Shown here: piece by piece, positions 30,841 to 41,701 of the stretch
How positions within the stretch are numbered: the stretch's first letter is position 1
Layout of the letters: each line of letters opens with the position of its first letter
Source of the DNA: Urechidicola sp.
GTDB taxonomy: Bacteria; Bacteroidota; Bacteroidia; Flavobacteriales; Flavobacteriaceae
NCBI GenBank assembly: GCA_965248525.1
Contig: CBDFJO010000003.1
Location: 41,727 to 105,726, forward strand
Length of the DNA: 64,000 bases
Reading direction: 5' to 3'
Position numbers and translations under genes: made by a program
The notes under the pieces: model-generated
Seen by the model: only the letters and a program-made list of their open reading frames with translations
What the model was told of the DNA's origin: nothing
Database searches by the model: none

Positions 30841-33027
30841 TTGAAAAAGATACTAAATACATATATTCTTTTGTTTGTAGTACTGTTTGCTATCAGTTGC
30901 TCTACAAAAAAAGATGCTTTTCTAAATCGAGGTTTCCATTCGGTAAACACAAAATTTAATGTGCTTTATAATGGTGATATTGCACTTCAAAAAGGACTTA
31001 AAGAACTCAATTCAAGATACAAAGATGATTATTGGAAACGACTTCCGATAGAACCGTTGAAGGTCGAAGAATTAGCAATTCCTGGAATAGATGTAAAAGG
31101 CGACAATTCTAATGAATCTTTTGAAAAAGCAGAAGAAAAAGCAGTAAAAGCAGTTCAAAAACACTCCATGAATATTGTGGGAAAAGAACGTAATAATCAA
31201 ATTGATGATGCATATTTATTATTAGGAAAGTCACGTTATTATTCACAACGATTTGTTCCTGCGCTCGAAGCATTTAACTATGTCTTAGAAAAATATCCAA
31301 CAGCAGATTTAATTCACGAAACAAGAATTTGGAAAGCAAAATCTCAGTTGAGATTAAATAATGAAGAGCAAGCACTTCAATTATTGCAGTTTATGCTAAA
31401 AAAAGAAGACCTTCTTGAAGATGATATTCTTGAAAAGGCACATACAGCAATTGCAATGGTTTATACAGAATTAGACAGTACAGATTTGGTTGTACATCAT
31501 CTAAAAAAAGCAATAATTACTGATAACAATAAAGAACAAAGAGCACGAAACCTATTTATTTTAGGGCAATTATATCGTGAGCGAAACGATATTGATTCTT
31601 CTCAAACAGCATTTCAGCAAGTGATAGAGATGAAGAAAATTCCGTATAAATACAGAATTCATTCACAAATAGAAAAAGCGAAAAACATATCAGATAGTAC
31701 AGACACAAAAGCACTTATCGAAACATTAGATAAGTTAATCAAGGATAGAGACAATCGCCCTTATTTAGATGAATTGCATTATCAAATAGGATTGGTACAT
31801 AATAAATTGGGAAGAACTGCCATTGCAGAAGAGCATTTTATAAAATCTGTTCATACAAGAAGTGCAAAACAATTTCAGCAGGTACTTTCTTATGAAGAAT
31901 TAGGAAATATATATTTTGACAAAGCAAAGTTTTTAGATGCTGGAGCATATTATGACAGTGTGCTTTCGATTCCTGTAGCGAACAAAAACACAAAACGATT
32001 ACGCAGATTAAAAAGAAAACGTGAGAACCTACAAGAAGTTATTTCGTTTGAAGAAACTTCTCAAAAAACAGACAGTATTTTAAATATTGTTGCAATGAGT
32101 AAAGACGAGCAAACAGCATTTTTTCAATCACATATTGATGCTTTAAAAGAGGCAGAAGAAAAAGCCAATCAAGAAATATTAAATGCAGGTTTTGGGTCGT
32201 TTGACGACACCAAAAACCAAGCGAATGGATCTGGAAAATGGTATTTTTATAATACACAAGTTGTAGGTTTTGGAGCACAAGAATTTCAACGAGTTTGGGG
32301 GAATAGACCTCTCGAAGATAATTGGCGTTTGTCTGATAAATCTGTTTTTAGAGCTGATGAAGAAGAGGAGAACGCAGAAGTTGCTACTGACGACGTAATT
32401 GAAGATTCAAAAAAGTATGAAATTGGATCTTATTTAGAAAGAATACCAACAGAAAAAAGGGTTATAGATAGTATAAAATCAGTTAGGAATGATGCGTATT
32501 ATAATTTAGGATTGATTTATAAAGAACAGTTTAAAGTATATAAATTAGCGATTGATAAATTAGAAAAACTCCTTACTTTTTCTCCTGACAAAAAATTAAT
32601 TCTTCCAACCAAATACCATTTATACAAATCATATTTAGCGATGAATTCCCCAAAGGCACCAAGCTACAAAAAAGACATTACAACCAATTATGCTGATTCA
32701 AAATACGCAAAACTTATTTTAAATCCGCAGTCAATAATTGCTGAGGCAAATGATGAAAACTCTCCAGAAAACACATACAAAAAAGTGTATTACGAGTTTG
32801 AAGATAAAAAATATTACGAAGTAATTTCTAAAACTGATAAAGCGATTATTAAATATGAAGATTTGCCAATCTTACCTAAATTTGAACTATTAAGAGCATA
32901 CGCTATTGGTAAAAAAGAGGGAATTGAGGCATTTAAAACAGCATTAGAATTTGTAAAATTAAATTATTCAAACACCGAAGAAGGAAAAAAAGCCGCGCAA
33001 GTTATAGAAACAATAAGCGCACAATAA
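30841..33027 (+). CDS. porW: T9SS TPR lipoprotein PorW/SprE
   Basis: Lipobox AISC, STKKDAFLNRGFH...FNVLYNG, TPRs; position upstream of bactofilin-atp genes. Confidence 0.75.
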   Translation: MKKILNTYILLFVVLFAISCSTKKDAFLNRGFHSVNTKFNVLYNGDIALQKGLKELNSRYKDDYWKRLPIEPLKVEELAIPGIDVKGDNSNESFEKAEEKAVKAVQKHSMNIVGKERNNQIDDAYLLLGKSRYYSQRFVPALEAFNYVLEKYPTADLIHETRIWKAKSQLRLNNEEQALQLLQFMLKKEDLLEDDILEKAHTAIAMVYTELDSTDLVVHHLKKAIITDNNKEQRARNLFILGQLYRERNDIDSSQTAFQQVIEMKKIPYKYRIHSQIEKAKNISDSTDTKALIETLDKLIKDRDNRPYLDELHYQIGLVHNKLGRTAIAEEHFIKSVHTRSAKQFQQVLSYEELGNIYFDKAKFLDAGAYYDSVLSIPVANKNTKRLRRLKRKRENLQEVISFEETSQKTDSILNIVAMSKDEQTAFFQSHIDALKEAEEKANQEILNAGFGSFDDTKNQANGSGKWYFYNTQVVGFGAQEFQRVWGNRPLEDNWRLSDKSVFRADEEEENAEVATDDVIEDSKKYEIGSYLERIPTEKRVIDSIKSVRNDAYYNLGLIYKEQFKVYKLAIDKLEKLLTFSPDKKLILPTKYHLYKSYLAMNSPKAPSYKKDITTNYADSKYAKLILNPQSIIAEANDENSPENTYKKVYYEFEDKKYYEVISKTDKAIIKYEDLPILPKFELLRAYAIGKKEGIEAFKTALEFVKLNYSNTEEGKKAAQVIETISAQ

Positions 33028-33056
33028 GTAAACTAACCATAAATACCTTTATAATT

Positions 33057-33458
33057 ATGTTTTCAGAGAAAAAAAAGAATTCAAATCAAGTTTTAGAACG
33101 AAATATTATAGCAAAAAACACTTCAATTGTAGGAGATATAATTTCAGAAGGAGACTTTAGAATTGATGGAATCGTTGAAGGAACGATCAAAACAACAGGA
33201 AGAGTTGTTATTGGCAGTCAAGGCACCGTAAAAGGAACGATAGAATGCACAAATGCAGATATTGAAGGAATGTTTTCTGGAAAATTAGTTGTTAGCAAAT
33301 TATTATCTTTAAAAGCAACAGCTAAAATTGAAGGAGAAGTCTTTATAAACAAACTTTCGGTTGAGCTAAACGCAGCATTCAACGCAACATGTAATATGAA
33401 AACAGGCGTAAAAGAATTGAAGACTAATGGAAGAGCAAAAGCCGAAAAAACCGCTTAA
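33057..33458 (+). CDS. Bactofilin (polymer-forming cytoskeletal protein)
   Basis: GDIISEGDFRIDGIVEGTI beta-helix repeats. Confidence 0.85.
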   Translation: MFSEKKKNSNQVLERNIIAKNTSIVGDIISEGDFRIDGIVEGTIKTTGRVVIGSQGTVKGTIECTNADIEGMFSGKLVVSKLLSLKATAKIEGEVFINKLSVELNAAFNATCNMKTGVKELKTNGRAKAEKTA

Positions 33459-33657
33459 TAAATTTTTACAATTTTCGAGCATGGTTTTTCAGATGATTGC
33501 AGTAATTGTAGCAGGAACTTATATTGGGACGAAACTTGATCAAAGATACCCGAATAATCACCAAATTTTTACGGTAATTCTGTCCATTGTCTTTGTGTCG
33601 GCATATATGTTTTTAATTATCAAAAAAATAATAAAAAACTTACAGAATGACGAATAA
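33427..33657 (+). CDS. AtpZ/AtpI-family protein
   Basis: Two TM, GTYIGTKLD, upstream of atpB. Confidence 0.7.
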   Translation: MEEQKPKKPLNKFLQFSSMVFQMIAVIVAGTYIGTKLDQRYPNNHQIFTVILSIVFVSAYMFLIIKKIIKNLQNDE

Positions 33658-34054
33658 CGATTTTATGCTATTAAATGTAAAAAAGACAGGATTACAACTT
33701 TTCCTTTTTACAACGATTTTATTCTTACTACATTTATTTATTAATAAAAAGTATTTTTTTTCAATTGAATTTTATTTTGACCTTTGGAAAATTTATGCTT
33801 TTCATTTTATTACCGTTGCAACGGTAATTTTAATTTTAACAAGGCAGAGCATAATAAAACCAAAATCAACATTTTATATTTTTATTGTGCTTAGCGTGTT
33901 GAAAATGCTTGCCGCACTATTGTTTTTATCACCTCTTTTTTATAATAAAGAGTTAAAACCAATTCCTTCAGTATTTAGTTTTTTCATTCCATATTTTTCA
34001 TTTTTGATCTTTGAATCTGTGATAGCGGTTCGTGTTTTAAACCCAAAAAAATGA
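33647..34054 (+). CDS. Four-TM membrane protein upstream of atpB
   Basis: Hydrophobic, LSVLKML...FFIPYF. Confidence 0.55.
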   Translation: MTNNDFMLLNVKKTGLQLFLFTTILFLLHLFINKKYFFSIEFYFDLWKIYAFHFITVATVILILTRQSIIKPKSTFYIFIVLSVLKMLAALLFLSPLFYNKELKPIPSVFSFFIPYFSFLIFESVIAVRVLNPKK

Positions 34055-34123
34055 TTGTTTTCTGTTGTTTTTTATAATATCAAAATTACTGATAATTAGT
34101 GTTTTTTTTCATAATAAAATTAG

Positions 34124-34131
34124 TACCTTTG
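34124..34131 (+). promoter_or_regulatory. Bacteroidota -7 promoter box
   Basis: TACCTTTG matches TAnnTTTG just upstream of atpB. Confidence 0.55.
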
Positions 34132-34166
34132 CAGTCGAAAATTAGGACAAAAAAAGTTATTAAAAT

Positions 34167-35333
34167 TTGACACTTATGAGAGTAAGAAAATATATTGAAA
34201 AGATATTACTTATTTTAGTATTATTAATTTCGTTTTCAGGAACTATTCTTGCCCAAGAAACTCCTCACACTCAAATTGTAGAAGAAGTTGAGGTCGAAGA
34301 AAAACTCGATATTACTGGGATGATACTTCATCACGTCGGGGATTCTCATAATTTTCATGTATATGGGAGTAATGAAGATCACTTTCCAAAAGCCCTTTCA
34401 ATTCCGTTGCCAATAATTTTATGGACAGAAAACGGATTTGTTTCCTTTATGTCGAGTGAATTTCAACATGACGAAGAAGGTAAAATAATTGTTGAAAAAA
34501 AAGGTCAAAAATTTACTATGTATCACGGTAAGATATATTATGCTAATGAGACAGTAAACAGCCATGGAGAATATGTGAGTGTTGATGAAGAGCATCACGT
34601 AATAAATAAAAGAATGCTTGACTTTTCAATCACTAAAAATGTATTCACCCTGTTTCTTTCTTTGATTGTTTTGTTACTCATATTTATATTCTCGGCAAGA
34701 TCGTATAAGAAATCAGAAAACAATTTGCCTTCTGGAATTGCTAAATTTACTGAACCACTAATTTTATTTGTAAAAGACGATATTGCAATACCGAATATTG
34801 GTGAAAAAAAATACAAACGGTTTTTACCATATTTATTAACAATATTTTTCTTTATATGGTTGAACAATATTTTTGGACTTATACCATTTTTTCCATTCAG
34901 TGCAAACTTAACGGGAAATATAGCTTTCACGATTACCTTAGCAGTAATTACTTTTATAATTACTAATGTAAATGGAAATAAAAATTATTGGAAGCATATT
35001 TTTTGGATGCCAGGAGTTCCGGTGCCTATGAAAATATTTCTGGCTCCTATTGAATTGATAGGTGTTATAACCAAGCCAGTTTCGTTATTTATCCGTCTTT
35101 TTGCTAATATTACTGCAGGACATATTGTGGTTTTAGCCTTAATAAGTTTAATCTTTGTATTTAAAAATATGTATGGAGATATAGCAGGGTATATTGCAGC
35201 TCCAGTGTCTATAGCGTTTGTAGTTATGATAAGTCTTATTGAGATATTAGTAGTAGCGATACAAGCTTATATATTTACAATATTATCAGCACTTTATATT
35301 GGGATGGCAACTGCGGAACATGAAGAACATTAA
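34167..35333 (+). CDS. atpB: ATP synthase subunit a
   Basis: IRLFANITAGH, IQAYIF. Confidence 0.95.
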   Translation: MTLMRVRKYIEKILLILVLLISFSGTILAQETPHTQIVEEVEVEEKLDITGMILHHVGDSHNFHVYGSNEDHFPKALSIPLPIILWTENGFVSFMSSEFQHDEEGKIIVEKKGQKFTMYHGKIYYANETVNSHGEYVSVDEEHHVINKRMLDFSITKNVFTLFLSLIVLLLIFIFSARSYKKSENNLPSGIAKFTEPLILFVKDDIAIPNIGEKKYKRFLPYLLTIFFFIWLNNIFGLIPFFPFSANLTGNIAFTITLAVITFIITNVNGNKNYWKHIFWMPGVPVPMKIFLAPIELIGVITKPVSLFIRLFANITAGHIVVLALISLIFVFKNMYGDIAGYIAAPVSIAFVVMISLIEILVVAIQAYIFTILSALYIGMATAEHEEH

Positions 35334-35355
35334 TAAGAGAACACGTTTAATTTAA

Positions 35356-35583
<228 letters not shown>

Positions 35584-35593
35584 TCAAATCATT

Positions 35594-35626
35594 AATTAAG
35601 GTGCAACGGTTGGTTGCACCTTAATT
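35594..35626. other. Intergenic hairpin between atpE and atpF
   Basis: aattaaggtgcaac/gttgcaccttaatt 14-bp stem. Confidence 0.6.
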
Positions 35627-35656
35627 ACAGTTATTTTAAAATTAAATTTAAAAATT

Positions 35657-36145
35657 ATGTTAACACCTGAAATAGGATTAATTGTTTGGACAACAATAGC
35701 TTTTGGAGTATTGTTTTTTATTTTGAGCAAATATGCTTGGAAACCGATTCTTAATTCAGTTAATGAAAGAGAGCAAGGAATTAAAAACGCATTAGCATCA
35801 GCAGAAGAAGCGCGTAAAGAAATGCAAAACTTAAATGCAGATAATGAGCGTATTTTAAAAGAAGCTCGTGCAGAACGAGAAGGAATGATGAAAGAAGCTC
35901 GTGAAATAAAAGAAGCAATGATTACTGAAGCGAAGGATGAAGCAAAATCTGAAGCAACTAAAATCATGTCTCAAGCACAAGCAGCAATACAATCAGAAAA
36001 ACAAGCAGCAATTGCAGACATTAAAAGTCAAGTTGCAGAATTATCAGTTGGTATTGCAGAAAAAGTTGTGAGAAAAGAATTGGCTAACGATAAAGATCAA
36101 TCGCAATTAATAGCGCAATTATTAAAAGAAGTTACAATCAGCTAA
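35657..36145 (+). CDS. atpF: ATP synthase subunit b
   Basis: KYAWKPIL, coiled coil. Confidence 0.93.
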   Translation: MLTPEIGLIVWTTIAFGVLFFILSKYAWKPILNSVNEREQGIKNALASAEEARKEMQNLNADNERILKEARAEREGMMKEAREIKEAMITEAKDEAKSEATKIMSQAQAAIQSEKQAAIADIKSQVAELSVGIAEKVVRKELANDKDQSQLIAQLLKEVTIS

Positions 36146-36155
36146 AAAAATAGCA

Positions 36156-36692
36156 ATGAGTAATAATAGAGTAGCAATACGATACGCAAAAGCAACTTTA
36201 GAATTGTCTGAAGAACAAAACTCTTCAGACGAAACGTACAGCAACATGCAATTAATTGAAGCAACCGTTACCACAAGTGATGAGTTGCAAACTGTTTTAA
36301 ACAGTTCAATTATAAAATCAGATGTAAAGAAAAACGCATTATTAGCTATTTTTGATGGAAAATTAAATGCTATTTCTAAAGGAATGATGGCTATTTTAGT
36401 TACCAATAAAAGAATTGCAGAATTTGGTGCTGTTGCATCACAATACATTGTACTATACGATGCGATGAAAGGAAAGCAAATTGCTAAAGTAACAACAGCA
36501 ATCCCTTTAACTGCTGATTTAAAAACAGCAGTACTATCAAAAGTAAAAGAATTAACAGGAAAAGAAGCAATACTTGAAAATACTATAAATCCAGATATTT
36601 TAGGAGGATTTATTTTACGTGTTGGAGATATACAATATGACGCAAGTATTTCAAACAAGTTAAATGTTATCAAAAGACAGTTTAGCGCATAA
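36156..36692 (+). CDS. atpH: ATP synthase subunit delta
   Basis: AIRYAKA, ILGGFILRVGD. Confidence 0.93.
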   Translation: MSNNRVAIRYAKATLELSEEQNSSDETYSNMQLIEATVTTSDELQTVLNSSIIKSDVKKNALLAIFDGKLNAISKGMMAILVTNKRIAEFGAVASQYIVLYDAMKGKQIAKVTTAIPLTADLKTAVLSKVKELTGKEAILENTINPDILGGFILRVGDIQYDASISNKLNVIKRQFSA

Positions 36693-36725
36693 TAAGTAAG
36701 AATAGCAGTTTTAAAAAATAAATAA

Positions 36726-38303
36726 ATGGCATCAATAAAACCAGCTGAAGTATCAGCAATTTTAAAGCAACAATTATCAGGATTTGACGGAAGCGCATCT
36801 CTTGATGAAGTAGGAACAGTATTAGAAATCGGTGATGGTATCGCACGTGTTTATGGTCTTGCAAATGTTCAATACGGTGAGTTAGTTCAATTTGAAAACG
36901 GACTGGAAGGAATCGTTTTGAATCTTGAAGAAGACAATGTAGGAGTTGTATTGTTAGGATCATATTTAGACGTTAAAGAAGGGTCAACAGTAAAACGTAC
37001 GGAGCGTATAGCCTCATTAAATGTTGGTGAAGGGATTGTTGGTCGTGTTGTAAATACACTAGGTCAACCAATTGATGGTAAAGGACCAATTCAAGGAGAA
37101 ACTTTTGAAATGCCATTAGAACGTAAAGCTCCTGGAGTTATATACCGTGAGCCAGTTACCGAGCCTTTGCAAACAGGAATTAAAGCAATTGATGCAATGA
37201 TTCCAGTTGGTAGAGGACAACGTGAGTTGATTATTGGTGACCGTCAAACAGGAAAATCTACTGTTGCGATTGATACTATTATCAACCAAAAAGAATTTTA
37301 TGATGCAGGTGAGCCTGTTTTTTGTATCTATGTAGCAATTGGTCAAAAAGCATCTACTGTTGCAGGAATTGTAGCATTATTTGAAGAAAAAGGAGCATTA
37401 GCATACACAACAATTGTTGCAGCTAATGCATCTGATCCAGCGCCAATGCAAGTATATGCACCAATGGCTGGAGCAGCAATTGGAGAATATTTTAGAGATA
37501 CTGGTCGTCCAGCATTAATTGTTTTTGATGATTTATCAAAACAAGCAGTTGCATACCGTGAAGTATCATTATTATTAAGAAGACCTCCAGGACGTGAGGC
37601 ATATCCAGGAGATGTATTTTATCTTCACTCTCGTTTATTAGAGCGTTCTGCAAAGGTAATCAACGATGATAAGATTGCTTCTGAGATGAATGACGTTCCT
37701 GATTCATTAAGAGGAAAAATAAAAGGAGGAGGATCATTAACTGCATTGCCAATTATTGAAACGCAAGCAGGAGATGTATCAGCATATATTCCAACAAACG
37801 TAATTTCAATTACTGATGGGCAAATTTTCTTAGACGGAGATTTATTTAATTCAGGTGTTCGTCCAGCAATTAATGTAGGTATTTCTGTATCTCGTGTTGG
37901 AGGAAATGCACAGATTAAATCAATGAAAAAAGTGTCAGGAACATTAAAATTAGATCAAGCACAATACCGTGAATTAGAAGCGTTTGCGAAGTTTGGTTCT
38001 GATTTAGATGCAGCAACTATGAATGTAATCTCCAAAGGACAACGTAATGTTGAAGTCTTGAAACAAGCACAAGCAAGCCCTTTAACAGTTGAAAATCAAG
38101 CAGCAATTATTTATGCAGGATCTAAAAACTTGTTAAAAGATGTTCCTGTGAATAAAGTAAAAGAATTTGAAGCAAACTATTTAGAGTATTTAAATCTAAA
38201 GCATAGAGATACTTTAGATACATTAAAAGCAGGAAAATTAACTGACGATGTTACTGATGTGTTAACTACTGCAGCGAAAGAAATCTCAGCACAGTATGTA
38301 TAG
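36726..38303 (+). CDS. atpA: ATP synthase subunit alpha
   Basis: [29 protein letters not shown]. Confidence 0.97.
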   Translation: MASIKPAEVSAILKQQLSGFDGSASLDEVGTVLEIGDGIARVYGLANVQYGELVQFENGLEGIVLNLEEDNVGVVLLGSYLDVKEGSTVKRTERIASLNVGEGIVGRVVNTLGQPIDGKGPIQGETFEMPLERKAPGVIYREPVTEPLQTGIKAIDAMIPVGRGQRELIIGDRQTGKSTVAIDTIINQKEFYDAGEPVFCIYVAIGQKASTVAGIVALFEEKGALAYTTIVAANASDPAPMQVYAPMAGAAIGEYFRDTGRPALIVFDDLSKQAVAYREVSLLLRRPPGREAYPGDVFYLHSRLLERSAKVINDDKIASEMNDVPDSLRGKIKGGGSLTALPIIETQAGDVSAYIPTNVISITDGQIFLDGDLFNSGVRPAINVGISVSRVGGNAQIKSMKKVSGTLKLDQAQYRELEAFAKFGSDLDAATMNVISKGQRNVEVLKQAQASPLTVENQAAIIYAGSKNLLKDVPVNKVKEFEANYLEYLNLKHRDTLDTLKAGKLTDDVTDVLTTAAKEISAQYV

Positions 38304-38396
38304 TTAATTAGGAATTAGTCTTCAGTTATATCAGTCCACAGTTAGCAGTAAAAAGCAGACTGAATACTGAAAACTGTTTACTGAAAACTTAAAGGA

Positions 38397-39257
38397 ATGG
38401 CAAATTTAAAAGAAATACGTAACAGAATTACATCTATCGGCTCAACAATGCAGATTACAAGTGCCATGAAAATGGTATCTGCTGCAAAGTTAAAAAAGGC
38501 GCAAGATGCAATTACTCAAATGCGTCCCTATGCTGAAAAGTTGACTGAACTTTTACAGAGTTTAAGTGCAAGTTTAGATGCGAATGCTGGAGGAACCTTT
38601 GCTGAAGAACGTGAAGTCTCAAAAGTATTGCTAGTTGCAATTACTTCAAACAGAGGTTTGTGTGGAGGTTTTAACTCATCAATAATTAAGGGAGCAACAA
38701 ATCATATTGCCAATAATTATATTGGAAAAAAAGTTGAAATTTTAGCAATTGGAAAAAAAGGAGCAGATATCTTAACTAAAAACTTCACTGTTATTGAAAG
38801 AAATACAGAAGTTTTTGATAATTTAACATTCGATAATGTTGCGGAAATTGCTCAAAGAGTAATGGATTTATATCTTGATGGAACGTATGATAAAATAGAA
38901 GTTATTTACAATCAATTTAAAAATGCAGCAACTCAAATTGTACAAATTGAGCAGTTTTTACCTGTCGAAAAGACAGAAGGGGCGGCAAATACAAATGTAG
39001 ATTACATTTATGAGCCCTCAAAGTCAGCCATTGTTTTACAATTGATTCCTAAGTCATTAAAAACACAACTATATAAAGCGGTAAGAGATTCTTACGCTTC
39101 TGAGCATGGAGCACGTATGACAGCAATGCATAAGGCTACAGACAATGCAAATGATTTACGTGATGAATTATTACTAACCTATAACAAAGCACGTCAAGCT
39201 GCGATTACTAATGAAATTTTAGAAATTGTTGGGGGAGCGGAAGCGTTGAATAATTAG
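38397..39257 (+). CDS. atpG: ATP synthase subunit gamma
   Basis: QITSAMKMVSAAKL, RQAAITNEILEIVGG. Confidence 0.97.
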   Translation: MANLKEIRNRITSIGSTMQITSAMKMVSAAKLKKAQDAITQMRPYAEKLTELLQSLSASLDANAGGTFAEEREVSKVLLVAITSNRGLCGGFNSSIIKGATNHIANNYIGKKVEILAIGKKGADILTKNFTVIERNTEVFDNLTFDNVAEIAQRVMDLYLDGTYDKIEVIYNQFKNAATQIVQIEQFLPVEKTEGAANTNVDYIYEPSKSAIVLQLIPKSLKTQLYKAVRDSYASEHGARMTAMHKATDNANDLRDELLLTYNKARQAAITNEILEIVGGAEALNN

Positions 39258-39307
39258 ACGAAGCAAAGTCAAATTTTCATTCCTGTAAAGAAAGGAGTCT
39301 AAGAATA

Positions 39308-39338
39308 AAAAATTATCTTCAAATTTGAAGATAATTTT
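39308..39338. terminator. Bidirectional intrinsic terminator
   Basis: aaaaattatcttc/gaagataattttt between convergent atpG and hflX. Confidence 0.7.
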
Positions 39339-39344
39339 TTAGTT

Positions 39345-40598
39345 TTAAAGATCATTCCCATTTTCATCATATTCATAATACAAGAAATCATTGTATGGAA
39401 AACGTTTTATGTGAATCTTTTTAACTTCTTCAAATATCTTTTTACGGAAGACTTCCATATTTTCTTTTTCTAATGCTGATATAAACAAACAATTTTCACC
39501 AAGTTCATTCACCCAAGTGTTTTTCCAATCATCAAGAGAATAATGCTCTTTAGCTTTTTCAGTTGCTATATCATCATTATCTATCGTTTTGTGAGTGTAC
39601 GCATCAATCTTATTAAAAACGAGAATAGAAGGCTTGTTAAGGCTATCTATTTCATCCAAAACTTTATTTACTGATGCAATATGATCTTCAAAATTAGTAT
39701 GTGAAATATCAACAACATGTAATAACAAGTCTGCTTCACGCACTTCATCAAGTGTAGATTTAAATGATTCTACCAATTGCGTTGGCAGTTTTCTAATAAA
39801 GCCAACAGTATCGGTCAATAAGAAAGGGATGTTTTTAATAACCACTTTCCGTACTGTTGTGTCGAGCGTTGCAAAGAGTTTGTTTTCGGCAAATATATCA
39901 CTTTTACTCACTACATTCATCAAAGTCGATTTTCCTACATTTGTATAGCCAACTAAAGCAACACGTACCATTTTCCCTCTGTTTTTTCGTTGGATAGCCA
40001 TTTGCTTATCAATAGTAACCAATTTCTTTTTTAAGAGTGAAATTTTATCACGGACAATACGTCTATCTGTTTCAATTTCTGTTTCTCCAGGACCTCTCAT
40101 TCCTATTCCTCCTTTTTGACGACTAAGGTGTGTCCATAAACGAGTTAAACGAGGTAAAAGGTATTGGCATTGTGCTAATTCAACTTGAGTTCTTGCATAA
40201 GACGTTTGTGCTCTTTGTGCGAAAATATCAAGAATTAAATTTGTTCTATCTAAGATTTTACAATCCAAGACCTTTTCAATGTTTCGCAATTGAGCAGGAG
40301 ATAGTTCGTCATCAAAAATAGCCGTACCTATGTTATGACTTTCTACATAACGCTGCACATCTTCCAATTTTCCTGTACCAATAAACGTTTTTGGATGAGG
40401 TTTTTCTAATTTTTGTGTAAATCGTTTTACAGCAACTCCTCCAGCAGTTGTAGTTAAAAATTCTAACTCATCTAAATATTCTTTGGTTTTTTCTTCGTTT
40501 TGTTGTTGTGAAATTACAGCGATTAAAACTGCTTTTTCTGATATTGCTTTTTTCTCATCAATCATGCTACAAAGGTACGGAAAAGACTGAAGAGACAA
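39345..40598 (-). CDS. hflX: GTPase HflX
   Basis: GYTNVGKS, LFATLDTT, DTVGFI, NKID. Confidence 0.95.
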   Translation of the reverse strand: MSLQSFPYLCSMIDEKKAISEKAVLIAVISQQQNEEKTKEYLDELEFLTTTAGGVAVKRFTQKLEKPHPKTFIGTGKLEDVQRYVESHNIGTAIFDDELSPAQLRNIEKVLDCKILDRTNLILDIFAQRAQTSYARTQVELAQCQYLLPRLTRLWTHLSRQKGGIGMRGPGETEIETDRRIVRDKISLLKKKLVTIDKQMAIQRKNRGKMVRVALVGYTNVGKSTLMNVVSKSDIFAENKLFATLDTTVRKVVIKNIPFLLTDTVGFIRKLPTQLVESFKSTLDEVREADLLLHVVDISHTNFEDHIASVNKVLDEIDSLNKPSILVFNKIDAYTHKTIDNDDIATEKAKEHYSLDDWKNTWVNELGENCLFISALEKENMEVFRKKIFEEVKKIHIKRFPYNDFLYYEYDENGNDL

Positions 40599-40674
40599 AG
40601 ATTCAAAGGAAAAAGGTTAAGAGAGGTAAACTCCGCAGAAAATATGTTGTAATTTTGGATTTTAAAATTACTCG

Positions 40675-41643
40675 ATGTTTTCATATTTTAAATCAAAAGA
40701 AAAAAATAGAAATGCTTTTACAATTGCATTTTATAACCTCGAAAATCTATTTGATACCGTTGATGACCCAAAAACGTTTGATGATGATTTTACTTCAGGC
40801 GGAAAATTGAAATGGAATAAAAAAAGATATTTTAAGAAAATTAGTAAGTTGAGCTATGTAATAAAACAATTGGGAACAGAAAAATCGTTTGTTCCTCCAG
40901 TACTTGTTGGTGTTGCAGAAGTTGAAAACAAAAAAGTTTTAGAAGATTTAGTTCGTTCTAAAAACCTACAAAAATTTCATTATAATTATGTGCATTATGA
41001 TTCTCTAGACGACAGAGGAATTGATGTAGGATTGCTATACAACAAGCAATTATTTGAGTTACTACATTCTGAACGATTCTCTCTGTATATAGAAAATGAA
41101 GAAGGTGAGCAAGACTTTACTCGTGATGTCTTATTAGTCAAAGGAAACTTTAATGGTGAATTGATGTATATACTTGTCAATCATTGGCCTTCGCGAAGAC
41201 AAGGTACGGAAGAGTCAGAATATAAACGTGTAAAAGCATCAGAATTAAATAGAGAAATTATTGATAAAATACGCCTTGAAGATGAAAAAGCAAAAATTGT
41301 TGTCATGGGTGATTTTAATGACAATCCAACAAATAAGAGCATTCAAAATCTAATCAAAGAGGACTTTTACAATCCTATGCAAAGTTTGCTTTCAAAAAGA
41401 AAAGGTACACTAAAGCATAAAGATGATTGGTACTTGTTTGACCAAATTATTTTTTCTAAAAACTTTATAGAAGTTAAAGAGCACCAACATTCGTTTAAAT
41501 ATGCCGAGGTTTTTGACCGTGATTTTCTAAAAGTTTTTAAAGGGAAAAACAAAGGGAAACCTTTTAGAACATTTATTGGACCTTGGTATCAAGGAGGTTT
41601 TAGCGATCATTTTCCTGTATATGTGTATTTGAAGAAAAATTAG
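40675..41643 (+). CDS. Endonuclease/exonuclease/phosphatase (EEP) family protein, no signal peptide
   Basis: FYNLENLFDT, NHWPSR, GDFND, SDHFP. Confidence 0.88.
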   Translation: MFSYFKSKEKNRNAFTIAFYNLENLFDTVDDPKTFDDDFTSGGKLKWNKKRYFKKISKLSYVIKQLGTEKSFVPPVLVGVAEVENKKVLEDLVRSKNLQKFHYNYVHYDSLDDRGIDVGLLYNKQLFELLHSERFSLYIENEEGEQDFTRDVLLVKGNFNGELMYILVNHWPSRRQGTEESEYKRVKASELNREIIDKIRLEDEKAKIVVMGDFNDNPTNKSIQNLIKEDFYNPMQSLLSKRKGTLKHKDDWYLFDQIIFSKNFIEVKEHQHSFKYAEVFDRDFLKVFKGKNKGKPFRTFIGPWYQGGFSDHFPVYVYLKKN

Positions 41644-41647
41644 GCAT

Positions 41648-41679
41648 AAAAAAACCGAAGCAATGCTTCGGTTTTTTTT
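41648..41679. terminator. Bidirectional intrinsic terminator
   Basis: aaaaaaaccgaagca-a-tgcttcggttttttt. Confidence 0.8.
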
Positions 41680-41701
41680 ATGTTTAATTTAAAAGGAAAT
41701 T

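Noticed and set aside
38304-38396. Low-complexity cagt/actg-rich spacer between atpA and atpG
   Set aside because: Imperfect short-period repeat with no AAC/GTT architecture or coding signal.
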